Positions 11,521 through 25,085 of a DNA stretch of 64,000 nt are shown piece after piece. Position 1 is the stretch's first letter. Each line of letters starts with the position of its first letter. The stretch lies in contig MU058418.1 in NCBI GenBank assembly GCA_013265495.1, forward strand, positions 310,001-374,000. Reading direction: 5' to 3'. The notes below the pieces were generated by a model, which saw nothing but the letters and a program-made list of their open reading frames with translations, ran no database searches and had not been told where the DNA came from. Source of the stretch: Vicugna vicugna. Lineage: Eukaryota. Made by a program: the position numbers and the translations under genes.

Positions 11521-14275
11521 GTGGTGACACTATATAATTTATCATCCAAATTGGGGCACTTGAGAGTAAAAGGGGTAATTAAGATTTTGTACTTTCTGAA
11601 ACTTACATTTTAACTAACAATTGATTTATTACATTGGGGGACTTTTAAACTACTTTTATTGAAAGATTATTTTCAAAAGTAAAATTTCAAAAGAAATAAA
11701 AATAACACATATCCATGTATATTAAAATTCAAAAGAACTTCTTTATGTTGATTATCTGAATAGTAAAAAATAGCCAATAAAATAAATATTCTTGGAACAT
11801 ATTCACATACTTTAATTTGTTTCTTAGCCATATCTGTCTCTAATATTGTGTCACTGGCATTTTTCTGAAGAATGTGTTTTCAGAAATATGGTATTTAAAA
11901 ATAAAACTACCAGCAATATTCTTCACATTTGCATGATTAATTAATTTGAAATTACTGATATTTTCAATTGATTTTTATTGGTAGACCATAATATTTTTAA
12001 TCGAGAAAAATGCTCTTTCTACAGATTCTGAGTTGCTTGGTAAGCTCAGAGCAAATTTGCTAAATGGAAGAAATACTCAATTCTAATTATTTTCATATTG
12101 AAAAACATAACCATCCTAGTCCAAATATTTTCAAGGTACTGTCTTTTTACTTCCTTCAGAATGCCCTTCTTTGACAAATATTTTTACAAGACAAAATTTG
12201 TCAAATAAATTGATTTTATGATTCTTTCGAATGTTTTACCAAAATTAAATACTGCAGTATCTGGGCCTTTTCAATTTTATTTCATTTGTGTATGTGTATA
12301 ATGTATTCAAAATAGGAACATCACCAAAATATTCTTCCTGCAAGGTGAGATATTCCAAATCACAATTACAGAATTGCAAATTTTAATCTTGTAGAGCATT
12401 TCAGTTCTTACTATTTATTTTGTTCAATTCCTAATCTTTGCTTCTGTAGAGAAAAATTCCAGGGGAAGGTTTATTTTCATTAACTGCAATTCTCTAAAAG
12501 CTTCATTTGGTGTTTCATTTGTTAAATACTTGATTTAATATTTCCAACTGATTTTGAACAAAATGTCACCAAAATTTTGATGACCTGTTTGTAACAAAGT
12601 TCAATACCACTATTAGGCATAAAGACTTCTAAAATCTGACTAATGAGAGGCACCAAAGAGAGAACCCATATAGTGTGTTGCTGAAGTATAGCTTTGTATT
12701 CAACACAGCTGTATCCCCCAATCTTGTAGTCCACAGCCTCTGACTATAAAAAGATTATTCTGTAAATTTTTATAACAATAGTTTTTATTTCAATTAGTAG
12801 AATGTTGATATCTGTTTTGATGCAATTATGAATTATGGGTATGCCTCAACCAATTCCAACTACACCATAGGTTTCTCAATGTAATAAGATGATCGTTTTT
12901 ATCCTAACACCATGTATGCTTTACCTAAATTTGTACTTGTATTATTATTATAAACTAATAATTTTATCTTCCATGTTGAACTTTTAAACTGATTTTCCAG
13001 TCTCACTCATGACTCTACCTTTGATAGAATGTACTTCCAAAAGCTTTACCTTAATTCCATGAATGGATGGAAAAACAAAGCATTTTTAGAATTGACTAAA
13101 ATGATTTAATTACATGAAATATCTGATGGCAATCAACTGAAATTGGAATTATTTAACTGTTTACAAAGTTCTTCTTCTGTCACTGGAGCCAACAAACATA
13201 AAGCTATTGCTTATAGTTGAATATTAGTGAAATTAATTTAGAAGAATAGTTATTTACCTAAATAAAATTTAGGCTTCACAGAGTTGCATGTATATATACT
13301 TTCTTCAGCTGCATGTGTTAAATCATCATCTTCAGGAAGTCTCCTTAAAGTAACTACTAACTTTGTAACTAGATCCTGACATTTTTTCAGCAGATTTGAC
13401 TCTTCTTGTTTTCATGTGGTCAGTGATACCACATGAAAGGAGGCCATAGTGGATAGTAAATGTCAACAAACATTTTATGCAAGTTACACATGCCTTATCA
13501 ACTTGCCTGAGAAATAAAAATCCAGTACTTTTTAAACATAAAATGTATACTTTTTTTTTAAGCTTACTGCTGCCAAAAGGTTTACTGCAAAAACAAAGTA
13601 CTGCCGAACAATAAAATAGTTACCAGTTTACATCATACAAGCAAGTGTATTTAGTCTACATTTTACTCAGTTTATACACAACTGATCAGCCTTGAATTCC
13701 CACATGTCTATTTCAAAGACACTGGACCTCTAACTTACTGTATTTCCCACTGAGCTTTTGGACTGGTATCTGGTAGTTTTGTGACTCTTGAAGGCAAGAC
13801 ACGGGCCATACAGTTGGGGGATACACCAAGTGGCCAGCTGGGGCAGCAGTGTCAAATACTTCTAACACCTGAAACAGGAAGGAGTTAACTGTCCCTAGAC
13901 AAGCAGTATACTTTGTCATATCAACAACTGCCCTGCATGCTGTCCTTGATTGGGAGGTGTATGAGACAGCTGAGAGAAGAAATGAGTTTTTGCTAGTTGT
14001 CTTTCAGATATAATAACACCTTAATATGAGAACTCTCCCTATTGTACATGGGCCTCATAGATTACCAGCCTATGCTAGACAAAAACTGAGGCAGAGGCTG
14101 GAAATAGAAAGCAGAGGTCTATCAAATCCATGCTGGCTTATTCTAATGTAATTACTAGTAATCATTCTCTGTTAAAAACGAAAAATCCAGGACAGATGCT
14201 AAGTCAGATGGGATTCTGGGACAGCAGACTTACACTGAGACTGTCCTTGGTGATCAGAATGTACACTTACTTGAC
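11521..14275 (-). mobile_element. Near full-length hAT DNA transposon fossil (BLACKJACK/MER94-like) with degenerate transposase
   Basis: MER94-type terminus (actatataatttatcatccaaattggggcacttgagagtaaaagggg) at about 11530 and ggac-rich subterminal repeats at about 14180-14260. Minus-strand remnants ITDHMKTRR, HGIKVKLLEV, IIHNCIKT, VEYKAILQQHTIWVLSL and FALSLPSNSESVERAF (hAT dimerisation motif, 12008-12055). Confidence 0.8.
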
Positions 14276-14558
14276 ATTCAAGGGAGGAGATCTGCCCTTC
14301 TTTGCCCTTCCCCTTCCTTCCTTCCCACTGATTGGAGTGAAGACATGATGGCAACTACCTTGGGCCATAAAGTGGTAAGAGAGGAATGGCAGGGCAGTAA
14401 GACAGAAGCAGCCTGGGTTCCTGACTTTAGAATCACCATATCAACCTTGGACTGCCTACTCCTGAATAGTAAAAATATGTGAAAAGTGAGAAAAAATAAA
14501 CTCATATCTTGTTTTGGCCACTGTTATTTTATAGTCAAACCTAATCCTAACTGATATA
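14276..14558. mobile_element. MLT1 solo LTR, right part
   Basis: Resumes at aagggaggagatctgcccttc and ends aacctaatcctaactgatata. Confidence 0.7.
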
Positions 14559-14559
14559 T

Positions 14560-15130
14560 AAGGACTACTTCTATAATCTTTCTGGAAAGCAGCTTGGCAG
14601 TATGTAGCAAGAATTCTAAAACTGTTTAAACTCTTTGAACCACTTCTAGATACTTGTCTTAAAGAAATCATCTGAAATGAGGAAAAACTGATGTATAAAG
14701 ATGTTTACTACAGACCTATTTATGATACTAAAAAATTAGAAACAACCTAAATGTACAAAAATAAGGAACTTGTTATACAATATTACATCTAAATAGCTGA
14801 GTATTGTGCAAACATTAAAAAGTTTATGAAAAATGTTAATACATGAGAAAATGCCCACATCATATACGCAATGGGAGAAAATAGGCAGGATCTTTTTTAA
14901 AAAACCTTGTACATGTCCTAAGTTCCCACTTACATTACCCCAAAACCCACATATATAAAGGTATGCATAAACAAACAAAAAATACTGAAAGGAAATACAT
15001 GAAAATATTAACCAACAGTGATTCTCTCTGGATAGTGAGATTATAGGTAATATTTATTTATATCTTCGTTGTATTGAATATTTAATACTTCTCATAATTA
15101 TCCAAGAATTCCACGTATAATCAGCAAAAA
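14560..15130 (+). mobile_element. Old L1ME-type 3' region
   Basis: tttctggaaagcagcttggcagtat...gaaacaacctaaatgt...actgaaaggaaatacat. Confidence 0.65.
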
Positions 15131-15303
15131 ATAGAAATTAATTTCAAAACTCTTTCCTAGCATTTACCAGCTTTATCTGGTGTTGACACTGCCGTTATCA
15201 TCATTATCATCATCACAATTTTACCGGGCATCTATGTGTGAGGAGCTGGGGCATCAGGGTGTCCAGATCTCTGGGGCTCCTATAGTCAACCAGGAGCCAC
15301 CTA

Positions 15304-15612
<309 letters not shown>

Positions 15613-15654
15613 TCAACAATAAAATATTTCATATATTAGTCCCTCTTTTTTAAA

Positions 15655-16350
15655 TTATTGTTTTTTAATGAAGTTTTTTCTCCTGGGATATAATTGATAT
15701 ATAACAGTAATCAGCTTTCAGGTGTACAATATAATGATTCAGTATTCGTACATAAATTTGACCCTTAAACAACACCAGTTTGAACTGTGCGAGTCCACTT
15801 ACACGAAAATTTTTCCAGTAAATACTAAAGTAGTACACAGTCCAAGGCTGCTTGAACCTGCAGATGTGGAACGATGGATATGGAGGATAGTCTACGAGCC
15901 TCGAGTATCCACAGATTTCGGTAGCTGAGGTGGGTCCTGGAACCAGTCCCCTACAGATACCAACGGAGGACTGTATTGTGAAATGATCACCACAGTAAGC
16001 CTAGTGAACATCTGTCACCACACAGAGTTACAACATTGTTTTTCTTGTGATGAGAACTTTTAAGATCTACTCTCTTAGCAATTTTCAAATATATAATAAA
16101 GTATTATTAACCATAGTCATCATTCATACATTAAATCCCCTGTACATTACATCTTCATGGCTTTTTTTTTCTATAACTGGAAGTTTGTACCTTTTGATCA
16201 CTTTCATCCATTTTTGTCTACCTCCCTCCCTCCACCCCTAGGAAATACCAATCTGTTCTCTGTATCTATGAGTTCAGTTTTTGTTTTTTAGATTCCACAT
16301 ATAAGTGAAATCAGACAGTATTTGTCTTTCTCTGACCTATTACACTTCAC
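15655..16350 (-). mobile_element. L1 3' end (L1MA9/artiodactyl-like), split by a Tigger MITE
   Basis: gatataattgatatataac...caggtgtacaa...gtgatgagaacttttaagatctactctcttagca...agattccacatataagtga. Confidence 0.85.
15755..15973 (+). mobile_element. Tigger2/MER28-like MITE
   Basis: ttgacccttaaacaacacc...ggtcctggaaccagtcccctacagatacc...gactg, with TA on both sides (15753-15754, 15974-15975). Confidence 0.8.
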
Positions 16351-16368
16351 ATTTTGAAGTTCTGTGGG

Positions 16369-16770
16369 TTTTTTTTGAAGGTTTCAAATGTACTTTATTT
16401 CTTCAATTATGCCATATTTTAATGGGTATACAGTGCTTTTACTTGGCATCAACTATGAGTTGATTTTGAAGCAATTCAGTATTGTACCAGCTGGATGATT
16501 ACTGATCTCTCCATTTTTGGGAGGTAACTCTGCCAACAGGGGACAGGTTCCATTGTATCCTAATTTGTGTTGCTGCATATGCCCATATAGCAACACAGAA
16601 AGTGGCTCCACTGTCATGATCATATTTGTCATGGAAATCATGTGTACATATCTGATGTCTCTCCCTTGCAACTGTTAGCTGAACGCTTCAAACTTAGGGA
16701 AGCATCAAGAAGCTGAAGACAGAAGTCTGGAAACTGCAGCTGCTGGTTTGATGCAAGTACCCTTGCAAAG
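16369..16770 (-). pseudogene. COX7B: COX7B processed pseudogene
   Basis: ATG 16705 to TAA 16499 reads MLP*V*SVQLTVARERHQICTHDFHDKYDHDSGATFCVAIWAYAATQIRIQWNLSPVGRVTSQKWRDQ*. COX7B-type 3'UTR, AATAAA at 16394-16399, poly(A) at 16369-16376. Confidence 0.92.
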
Positions 16771-16788
16771 GGACTTGAATGAAGTTTT

Positions 16789-17203
16789 TGTTTGTTCTGT
16801 TTTTAATTGAAGCATAGTTGATTTATGATGTGTTAGTTAATGCTGTACAGCATAGTGTTTCAGTTATACATATATATACTTTTTCCTATACTTTTTCATT
16901 ATAGGTTATTACAAGATATTGAATGTCCATCAACAGATGATTGGATAAAGATGTGGTATATATATACACAATGAAATACTACTCAGCCATAACAAAGAAT
17001 GAAATAATTCCATTTGCAGCAACATGGATGGACCTAGAGATTAACATACTAAGTGAAGTCAAAGAAAGACAAATAATATATCACTTATATGTGGAACCTA
17101 AAAAAAAATACAAATGAACTTATTTACAAAACAGAAAGGGACTCATAGAAAACAATCTTATTGTTACCAGAGGGGAAAGAAGGGAGAGGGATAAATTAGG
17201 GGT
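16789..17203 (-). mobile_element. 5'-truncated, 5'-inverted L1
   Basis: 14-bp TSD TTGAATGAAGTTTT (16775-16788, 17204-17217). The L1 3' end is on minus to about 16924, then upstream L1 sequence runs on plus. Confidence 0.9.
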
Positions 17204-17944
17204 TTGAATGAAGTTTTAACAGAGGTCTTTCCACTGAGTAGTCTGGGATCTATAAGCAGATCTTGAAGCCTTCCTTCTCTCCACCATTCCCCACAGTCTC
17301 CCCGGCCAGCCGCCAGGAATCCCCACACTCTACTTCACCAGCCAGTCACCAGGATTCCCCAGAGAGAGACTGACCAGTGAAGGGCCAACCTCCACAGATC
17401 CATTTAGATACTTTGTTCTCAGGATAAGTTTGTTCTCCATAACTTTAGGATTTCTGAAAATTCTTACTAGTATCTAATAGAACTCTAATTTAAATGGGAA
17501 TACAATCTGTGCCAGACATTAGGCTAAGCACTTTTATGTATTATCTCTTTAAGTCCCAAATGCAAAGCTATGGAATTTACAGAGATGAATAAAATGTGGT
17601 CTCTTCCTTCAAGGACCTTACCTTTCAGAACAAGAATCAAGATACATACCTAGAGTAGTAATTAAGATAGAGAAGGCCCGAGTTTATAGTATAGTACTGT
17701 ATCAGATTGGGGTTTCAAGAGATGTTTGCTTTCTTTTTTATACTTTTCTATAGTTTGTACATTTTCTACAATGACATTTAATTTTATAATCATAAAAATC
17801 AACAATTACTAAAAAATTTAAACCTCATAACCACCCTATGATAGTTATTGTTAATCTCTTTTTATAGGTAAGATATTGTTGTGCACAGTTAAATGACTTG
17901 CCCAAAACCACACAGTAATGCAGAGCTGGAAATCTGCTGGAATC

Positions 17945-18470
17945 TGTTACGAACGGCCCCATGTGAATCATGCCTCTTTGTTTCCATGCTCCTGTGCAGT
18001 CCCCTCCACACTAACTCTGGGCTTGTCCATGAGACTTACTTTGGCCAAAAAGACATTCATGAACATGACACAAGCAAAGCCTGATAAGTGCTTATGCATT
18101 AAGGCTTTTTGAATGCAGTCATGCAAGTGACCACAGGCAGAAGAACCATTTAGCATCTCAAGTCACTAACTAAATCTTAGGGCAGTTTGCTATGTAGCAA
18201 TAGATATCTGATATAGAAACTGGTATATGTAGGTGTGGGTGCTGTTGCAACAAAAGCCTAAAATGTGTGTCAATGGCTTTGAGTCTGAATGTTTGAGGCT
18301 AGAGGTAAAGGCTGAAGAAATGGAAACCTTTTAGTGGAATCCAGAAAGGCAGTAAGGAAATTGTTATTGGAGGATTAAGAACGGACATACTGTGTTATAA
18401 AGTAGTGAAACAACTTGCAAAACTTTTGCCTGTGGTTAACTTGAGAGATACAAATTATCTCTAATAAAAT
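17945..18470. mobile_element. MLT1 LTR plus start of internal sequence
   Basis: gggcagtttgctatgtagcaatagatatctgatata followed by gaaactggta...gctgttgcaacaaaagcctaaaatgtgt. Confidence 0.6.
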
Positions 18471-20639
18471 CCGAAAAAAGTAGGTAGTAAAAGTAGAGAG
18501 ATCAGTGGAGGAAGTTTTTTAAACAAAGGTCCAGGGGAAATGTAACAAAAGGATTCGACCTAAAGGTCAAATTTAAGCATCTGACCTAGAACAACAGCCT
18601 TAGACAAGGAGGCAAATATAAAATGATCAAGTAATAAATGTAAAAGTCTCCTCTCTCAAAAAAAAATGTAATACTAGTTTAACAACGATAGTACGTTAAT
18701 TACATAAAGATGCAATAAAATAAAGGTGACAAACAACTTGGCCTCTACAAAGGAAAAATCACATTTATAATTTATTCTCTTTGTTAAAAAAAAAGTAAAA
18801 GAATATGTAAAAATGACCCAGTGTACACTGGTACTTGACTACAAATTGGCAGAGTAGAAGATGAATCAGTGAGTTAAACAGCTTCTGAGAAGAGTAAATT
18901 CATGGTTTATATTAAAACCTCAGTACATCCCAAAGAAAATCACTGGGCACAGAGGCTTATAAGACTATTGAGAAGTTAATAAAAAAACATTAAAAAAAAA
19001 AAAGAGGAGCTAACATTTAAAATATCCTTTAAAAATGTGAGTAAAAGAAAGGAATAAAAATATATTTTATTAGTGCCCTGCAAATGTATTCTACTTTAAA
19101 AAAATGTTTACTGTAAAAATGCATATTGTTACATTTCACAAAAATTACATAATGAAATTATTAACAAGTATAAAACTCAAAAAAGGTTAAGCACTAGATA
19201 AATCTCTCACGCAGTTCGGCTTACAGAAGAAAGTAATAACCAGGCAAGCAGAAGTCATAGGTGTTTTGAATTATCCTAAGGATGAAAATGAATGATTGGG
19301 AGCTTTTAATAAAGACATCTGTAATCATAAAACTGCATTCATTAAACAAATAGCAATCTTTAAACACCACATGGCCAGAAACAATAAAAACAATGGTAAT
19401 AATAAAAGTGAAAAACCATAATTTGTACAGTACCCACAACTTACAAAGAATTTTCATTTATATTATCTACTTGTGATTCTAATTATAGCAGGTCTGGGGG
19501 AGGTTAAATATCTGGTTGGAACATTCAGTTTATCAAGGACAAAGCTGGAACTCAGAGCCTGTCATAGTGACCAATGATAATTTAAAATGTTTATTTACCT
19601 AATGAATAGTAAATGCGGGGAGGGGAGAGCCAAACTTACCAGTGTTACCAAGACTGGTATAAGCCTACCACAAACGTGTCAAATTTTCATCCTTAGTTCT
19701 AAACACTACAGAAGAGAATTTTGCTAGGACAAAGTATATTATGACTAGACTTGACTCTGTTCATAGTAGCTAAAAAAGGTAATCAAGTTGTTTCCAAATC
19801 ATTTGGTTAGAACCAAAATCAAGTGATTAGCTCAGTCAGGAATCTGGGTAACAGTTCTCTCTGCCTGTAACAGACAGTTCATGGGCAAATCCCTGAAACT
19901 CTGAGACACCTGGTCTTCTCATCACTGAAAGGGGAACTAGAGAAAGTCTGTTCCAGTTCTAAGATTCAGGGATTTCAGTCCTAAAATTTAAGATTTAGTT
20001 CCAAAATTATAAGATTTGGGATTAAAAAAAATTACCTAGACTGGTAGTTAATAGTTAAAGTGAGACAAAATTATCGCTATTATTAGTACCTACTTTTCTA
20101 TAAGAAATAGAAATAAACTGGTCATCTTGAAATCTGTTCTGCAATTCTACTATCTAGTATTGTGCTCTCTACTTCTAAGATTTTATCATTAGATAAATAA
20201 CTCCAGACCACATTATGTAAGAGTTAATTTAGTATAAAGCAGAGAAGCAGTGACAGGATGAAAGAATCTCGGAACTTTTTCTTCTCATTATCTTATTCCT
20301 ATTTTAGCCACTCAAAACAAGCTAGTAAACTTTCAGTGTGCTGGATTTTAGAAATTACCTTATATAAAAGTCTTCATGCTATTTATGTACATATATTTTA
20401 GTACTCAGGTATTTTTTATGCTAAATCTTGATTGGAAAAGAGTCACAAATGAATGCTGCTTATGTTAAGTAATCAGAGTAAGGAAGTAATTACCACATTG
20501 AATGTAACCCTGAGGATTAATGATGTCTTTACAAGAATTTTCACCAAATAAGTTTCTTTCAGTTATATGTTAAACAACTTAATCTGCTTTGATCCATATT
20601 CTTCCAGCATTGCTCCAAATTTTTTAGCATCCTAAGCTT

Positions 20640-21150
20640 TAGAAATAAGGATGGCAGACATTGCTAGTTACCTATCCACTCTCCTTGCTCACTTACTAAC
20701 AAACCTTTGGTTACTTTTGGAGTGACAATGAACTCATTTAAAAATACTAACCTCTGCAAGATCCCCTGAGGCTAGAGGTGATCGTGTAGCAGTTTGGCCA
20801 ATGAATGTGAGTAGAAGTCCACTAGGTGGAAGTTCTGAGAAATCTACTGAGTTTCTGATCTAAGGGGACAGATTCAGGTGGCATGTATCTTTGGCATTTT
20901 GGGCTTACTCATTACTCCTGTCTAGAATATGGTCCAGCTGCCTAGAGGCACAGGATCCTAAAGAGGGCTCCCAACCTAAGGATGGTAGTGCAGGAAGAAA
21001 TGAGAAGCCTGGACCCCTGATGACTTCTTTGAGGGCTACCCCTGCTCTGATGTGTCCATCTCTAGACTTCTTGTTATCTGAGATAAATACAAACTGTATT
21101 TCTTTAATTTACTGTCTGTTAGAGTCAAATAAACTCCTGAAAGATATGAT
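20640..21150. mobile_element. MLT1-type LTR
   Basis: ggctagaggtgatcgtgt..tttggccaatgaatgtgagtagaagtc...gaagcctggacccctgatgac...tctagacttcttgtta. Confidence 0.6.
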
Positions 21151-22349
21151 CAATAAAAACTATATCACAAAACTGGTAAAGACATTTTACATTCAGATTT
21201 CTGCACTCTGGTTTTATTCACCTAATAATATCTCTTGGAGACAGTTCTACATTATGTACAAATAAAGAATCTCCTTGTTCTATTTAACATCTCTTCAGAG
21301 GTCTACTATATAGATATGTCGTATTTTTGCTGCCATAGGGTGAATGATAAATATATTCTGTTAAAGAATTTTTAAGAATCAGCCTATGTCCTTCCTCACT
21401 TCCACAAAGTTAACTTCTGTGCTTGAAAGCCTTTGAACATAGCTCATTTACTATACTATGTCAAAGTTATTTCTTAAGCCATCTTTCTTCCTACCACCTC
21501 TCTTCCTCACTACACTGTAAATGATACTATCCTACTCCCTAGGCTGCCTGTAAATATTTGTTAAATGAATAGCTCTTTACTTTGCAATCAATTTCATGAA
21601 GGTAGAGAGGATTGTTATCATCCTTAGTTTCAACAGGTATGAAATAATAACTAAATAACTGAATAAACTAAAAAGTCCAGTTTATAGAATTAGAATGGGA
21701 AGTGACCCCCACAATTCAATTAAGCACAATTAGCTCCTTCCACAGATGAGTAATAAATTACACAGAAGCCAGGACTGCTGATGAATAGTTTTAATTATTA
21801 GAAATTGTTCCTTATATTAATTTGAAAACTCTTAAACATTTTACACGTTTAAGTTGGTGTTAGAAGTAATAGAAGGGTCAATTGTGTTTCACCACATAGG
21901 CAAGGGAGAAAAAAGACAATGGAGTCTTCTTTCTTATTCTATTTTTTCCCTTTTTCTTCCTCCGTCCTTCCTTGCTTTCCTTCTTTTGAGAGGTTTATAA
22001 TAAATATAAAATATTCCACTTAGAAATAACAAATGTTTAAGCTTTGTCATTTTTAACAGTTTTTAAAGATGCATTTTTCAAAAAACTTTATTTTGGAAAT
22101 TTTCAAACATAATAAAAGTAGAAAACATAGCATGAAGAACCTGTGTGGGCCCTAAACTTGGTTTAGCTACATCTTTCACTCTCCTTCTAGATTGTTTTTC
22201 CTTTCAGATTATTTTGAAGCAAATGCTAGATATCATGTTATTTCATCTGAAAATACTTCAAATAGCCTATTTTAAAAAATGCCTAATGGCGATAATGGCT
22301 CCCACTTACTAAATTAATTAATTTGAGTCAATTAGTTACTGTATGCTAA

Positions 22350-22570
22350 GCAACTTCACATAAAATAATTTTGCAAGCATAAGAATAACTCAATTAACAG
22401 ATTAATAAAATAATATAAAACTCACAGCAGCTCTCTGAAGTAAGCATTATTATTTCCACTGTAAAGAAGGAAGCTGGGCGGGCTGGCTACATAACTTGCT
22501 CAAGTTCACATAGCTGGTAAATTGCAGAGCTGGATTTAAGCCAAGGCTCTCTGATTCTAAAGCCCTAAAC
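22350..22570 (-). mobile_element. MIR
   Basis: ataacttgctcaagttcacatagctggtaaattgcagagctggattt. Confidence 0.65.
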
Positions 22571-22659
22571 ACAAAATGTACAAAATTCAGGGTGTTTCTG
22601 AAAGTATTACAATGGTAATAATAATTTTATTTGAATCCTAGAGGTTTTCTGTTTTTAAG

Positions 22660-23500
22660 TTGGAAAATTGACTTTTATGTTCATGTGGGAAGAATAAATT
22701 TGAAAATCACAAAGAAAATTTTGGAAAAGAAAAGGCCTGTCACTCTAGATTTTAAAACTTACTATGAAGTTACTGCAACTTTTTAAAGTATAGTAATATC
22801 ACGAGAACAAACTAACAGATTAGCGGAACAAAATCCAGAAAGAGATCCAAATATATTTGGAAAATTAGTTTTTATGGTAAAAATAACCTTTCAGATTGTT
22901 AGGGAAAGATGGATTATTCTTACAAAAAATGTTGGGGCCACTGGCTATCAATTAAGGGAAAAAATAATAAAGTTAGATCCCTACCTTACACCATAGATAA
23001 AAATAAATTTAGATGGATCAAATACCTAAATGTGAAAAACAGAACTGTAACTTTAGGAAAATATTCTTATGACCTTAGGGTGAGAAAGCCTTGAAAAATA
23101 AAATAGGAAGTTAAGAAGCCATAAAGAAAATAATGGATAAAACTGAGTAGTTAAAAGATACAAAAATGTTTATATAATAAAATAACCCATAAAAAGAGAC
23201 TGAGGCAACTACAGATTTGAAATCATATATTTGCAACATATATAATAGAAAGAATATTATATTCAAAATATGTGTAGAGCTTGTCCAAATTGGGAAAGAA
23301 ATTAATAGAAAAAAGATAAACAGTTTAAAAGCAAAATGGGAAAGGATATGAAGAGGAAATTCCAGAGCAAAACACAAATGGCCAAAAACCATATAAAATG
23401 ATGCTGAATCTCACTAATAATTTGAAAAAGGAATATTATAATAATAATGAGATAATATTTTTAGTCCATTAGCTATGCAAAAATGAAAAAGATCAGAAAT
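22660..23500 (+). mobile_element. Old L1M ORF2 fragment
   Basis: Degenerate ORF2 text (aaatccagaaagagatcca...tagatccctaccttacacca...agatggatcaaatacctaaatgtg). Confidence 0.75.
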
Positions 23501-23534
23501 GAGGCAAGCAGGAAGATGAAGAAACCATGAGGCC

Positions 23535-24045
23535 CATCATTTTCTTTCTTTGCTCAAAACCCTCCAGCGGCTCCCTATCTCACTCAGGGTAAAAGCCGAA
23601 GTCTCAGCAATGCATTCCAAGGTCCAACACAATTTGTCCCTGCTCCTCTAGGCCTTTAACTCTCTGACTTCATCTGGTACTCTCTTCCTTCTTGCTCACC
23701 CTTCTCCAGTTACATAAGCTTCCTTGGTGGTCCCTGAAACGCCACACCTGCACCTGCCACAGGGCCTTTGCCCCTTCCTCTATCTGGATTGATCTTCCTT
23801 ATATATTTGCAAAGCTTAGTCATTTGCTTCCTTCAGGTCCCTGCAAAGTGCACCTGCTCAGTAAGGCCTTCTCTGACTGTTGCATATACAATAGCAACCT
23901 TTCCAGCCCTGCCAGCACTCCCTATCTCCACTTTCTGCTTTTTTCCCCCACCATAGCACTTAGTATCATCTAACGCACTAGTTATTTTGTCTGTGTTGTT
24001 TCTCTCTCCACAGCCCCATAGAAGGAAAGCTCCCTAAGAGCAAAG
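23535..24045 (+). mobile_element. L2a 3' region
   Basis: tgctcaaaaccctccagcggctccctatctcactcagggtaaaagcc...cagggcctttgc...catagcactta. Confidence 0.8.
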
Positions 24046-24952
24046 GATGGAGGGAATAGGGGGAAAAGAAGATTAAGAGCAAGAGAATTCCTAAAGTATA
24101 CTTCAAAAATACCAAAATACAAAAAAAAATCTAGGCATGTGAGCAATAATAAAAAGGAAAAGTATATGCTTTTAATGCCAGGTAAAAGAAACTTTCAGGG
24201 TGCTAACTTTAAGTGTCAAATATTATTTTCTTATAAGTAAGTTAGGCCCCAAATCCTAAGAGATTCATTTAATTCACTGTAATAATTACAGAAACATAGT
24301 GATTTTCCTGTTTTGTCACTTACTCTTATTGATAACCTAAGTGAAGCTGGAATTCTTAATTTTAGGTTTGCCGTGATCACAGCATTCAAAACTAATCTTG
24401 TTTCATTCCTTCATTTGGAAATGAGAATTTTGATTTTAAAAACAGGGTATTGAACCCAAAATTTCAAATCTGTAGGCTGTAGTTATGGTGACTTCCAAAC
24501 AGAGATCAAGTCATAGGTTCAAGGGCTTAAACACTGACCAAGCCTTACTTCCAGCTCTGACCGTATACACCAAGCAATCACACAAGCACCGAGGGCTCTG
24601 TGTCTCTATCAGGAAAACTCACCTGACATTCTGAGTTAGAATATATAGAAAAGAGGTAGAAAACAAAAAGTCTTTGCATCGGGTCTCATTCAAAGAAATT
24701 AAATATCCAAGCAATGTTAGAATCTGCCATGCCATGAAAATACACAGTCTGCAAGTGAGGGGAGAAGAAAAGACAAAAATTCTTAAGCAGTACTTCAGTG
24801 AGAACCTTTAAAATACACAAAAGCAAAGTTCCTTCATATTCAGTACTGTAATTTTGATTTTTGAGTTTTGTAGAAACATGATTTATAATAATAACAGCTT
24901 AACAAAAAGATTTCTCTCTCTCGATTTATTTCTAAAAAAGAAAGCTCAGTAT

Positions 24953-25085
24953 TTAAAAATTTGTAAAATAAAATTATACATATATTTAAGGTGTATATGA
25001 TGTTTTAATAAACATATAGTGACATGATTACTACAGTCAAGCTAATTAACATATCCATCTCCTCACAGTTACTTTTTAAAAAAAC
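24953..25085 (-). mobile_element. Short L1MA-type 3' fragment with 18-bp flanking direct repeat
   Basis: tatatttaaggtgta...atgattactacagtcaagctaattaacatatccatctcctcac. AAAAAGA(A/C)AGCTCAGTAT at 24935-24952 and 25086-25103. Confidence 0.75.

Noticed and set aside
16453..16671. 72-aa ORF as a novel peptide
   Set aside because: It is an alternative frame of the COX7B pseudogene.
17302..17361. Two imperfect 24-nt repeats with a 36-nt period
   Set aside because: Only two diverged copies. Probably a trivial local duplication or LTR relic.
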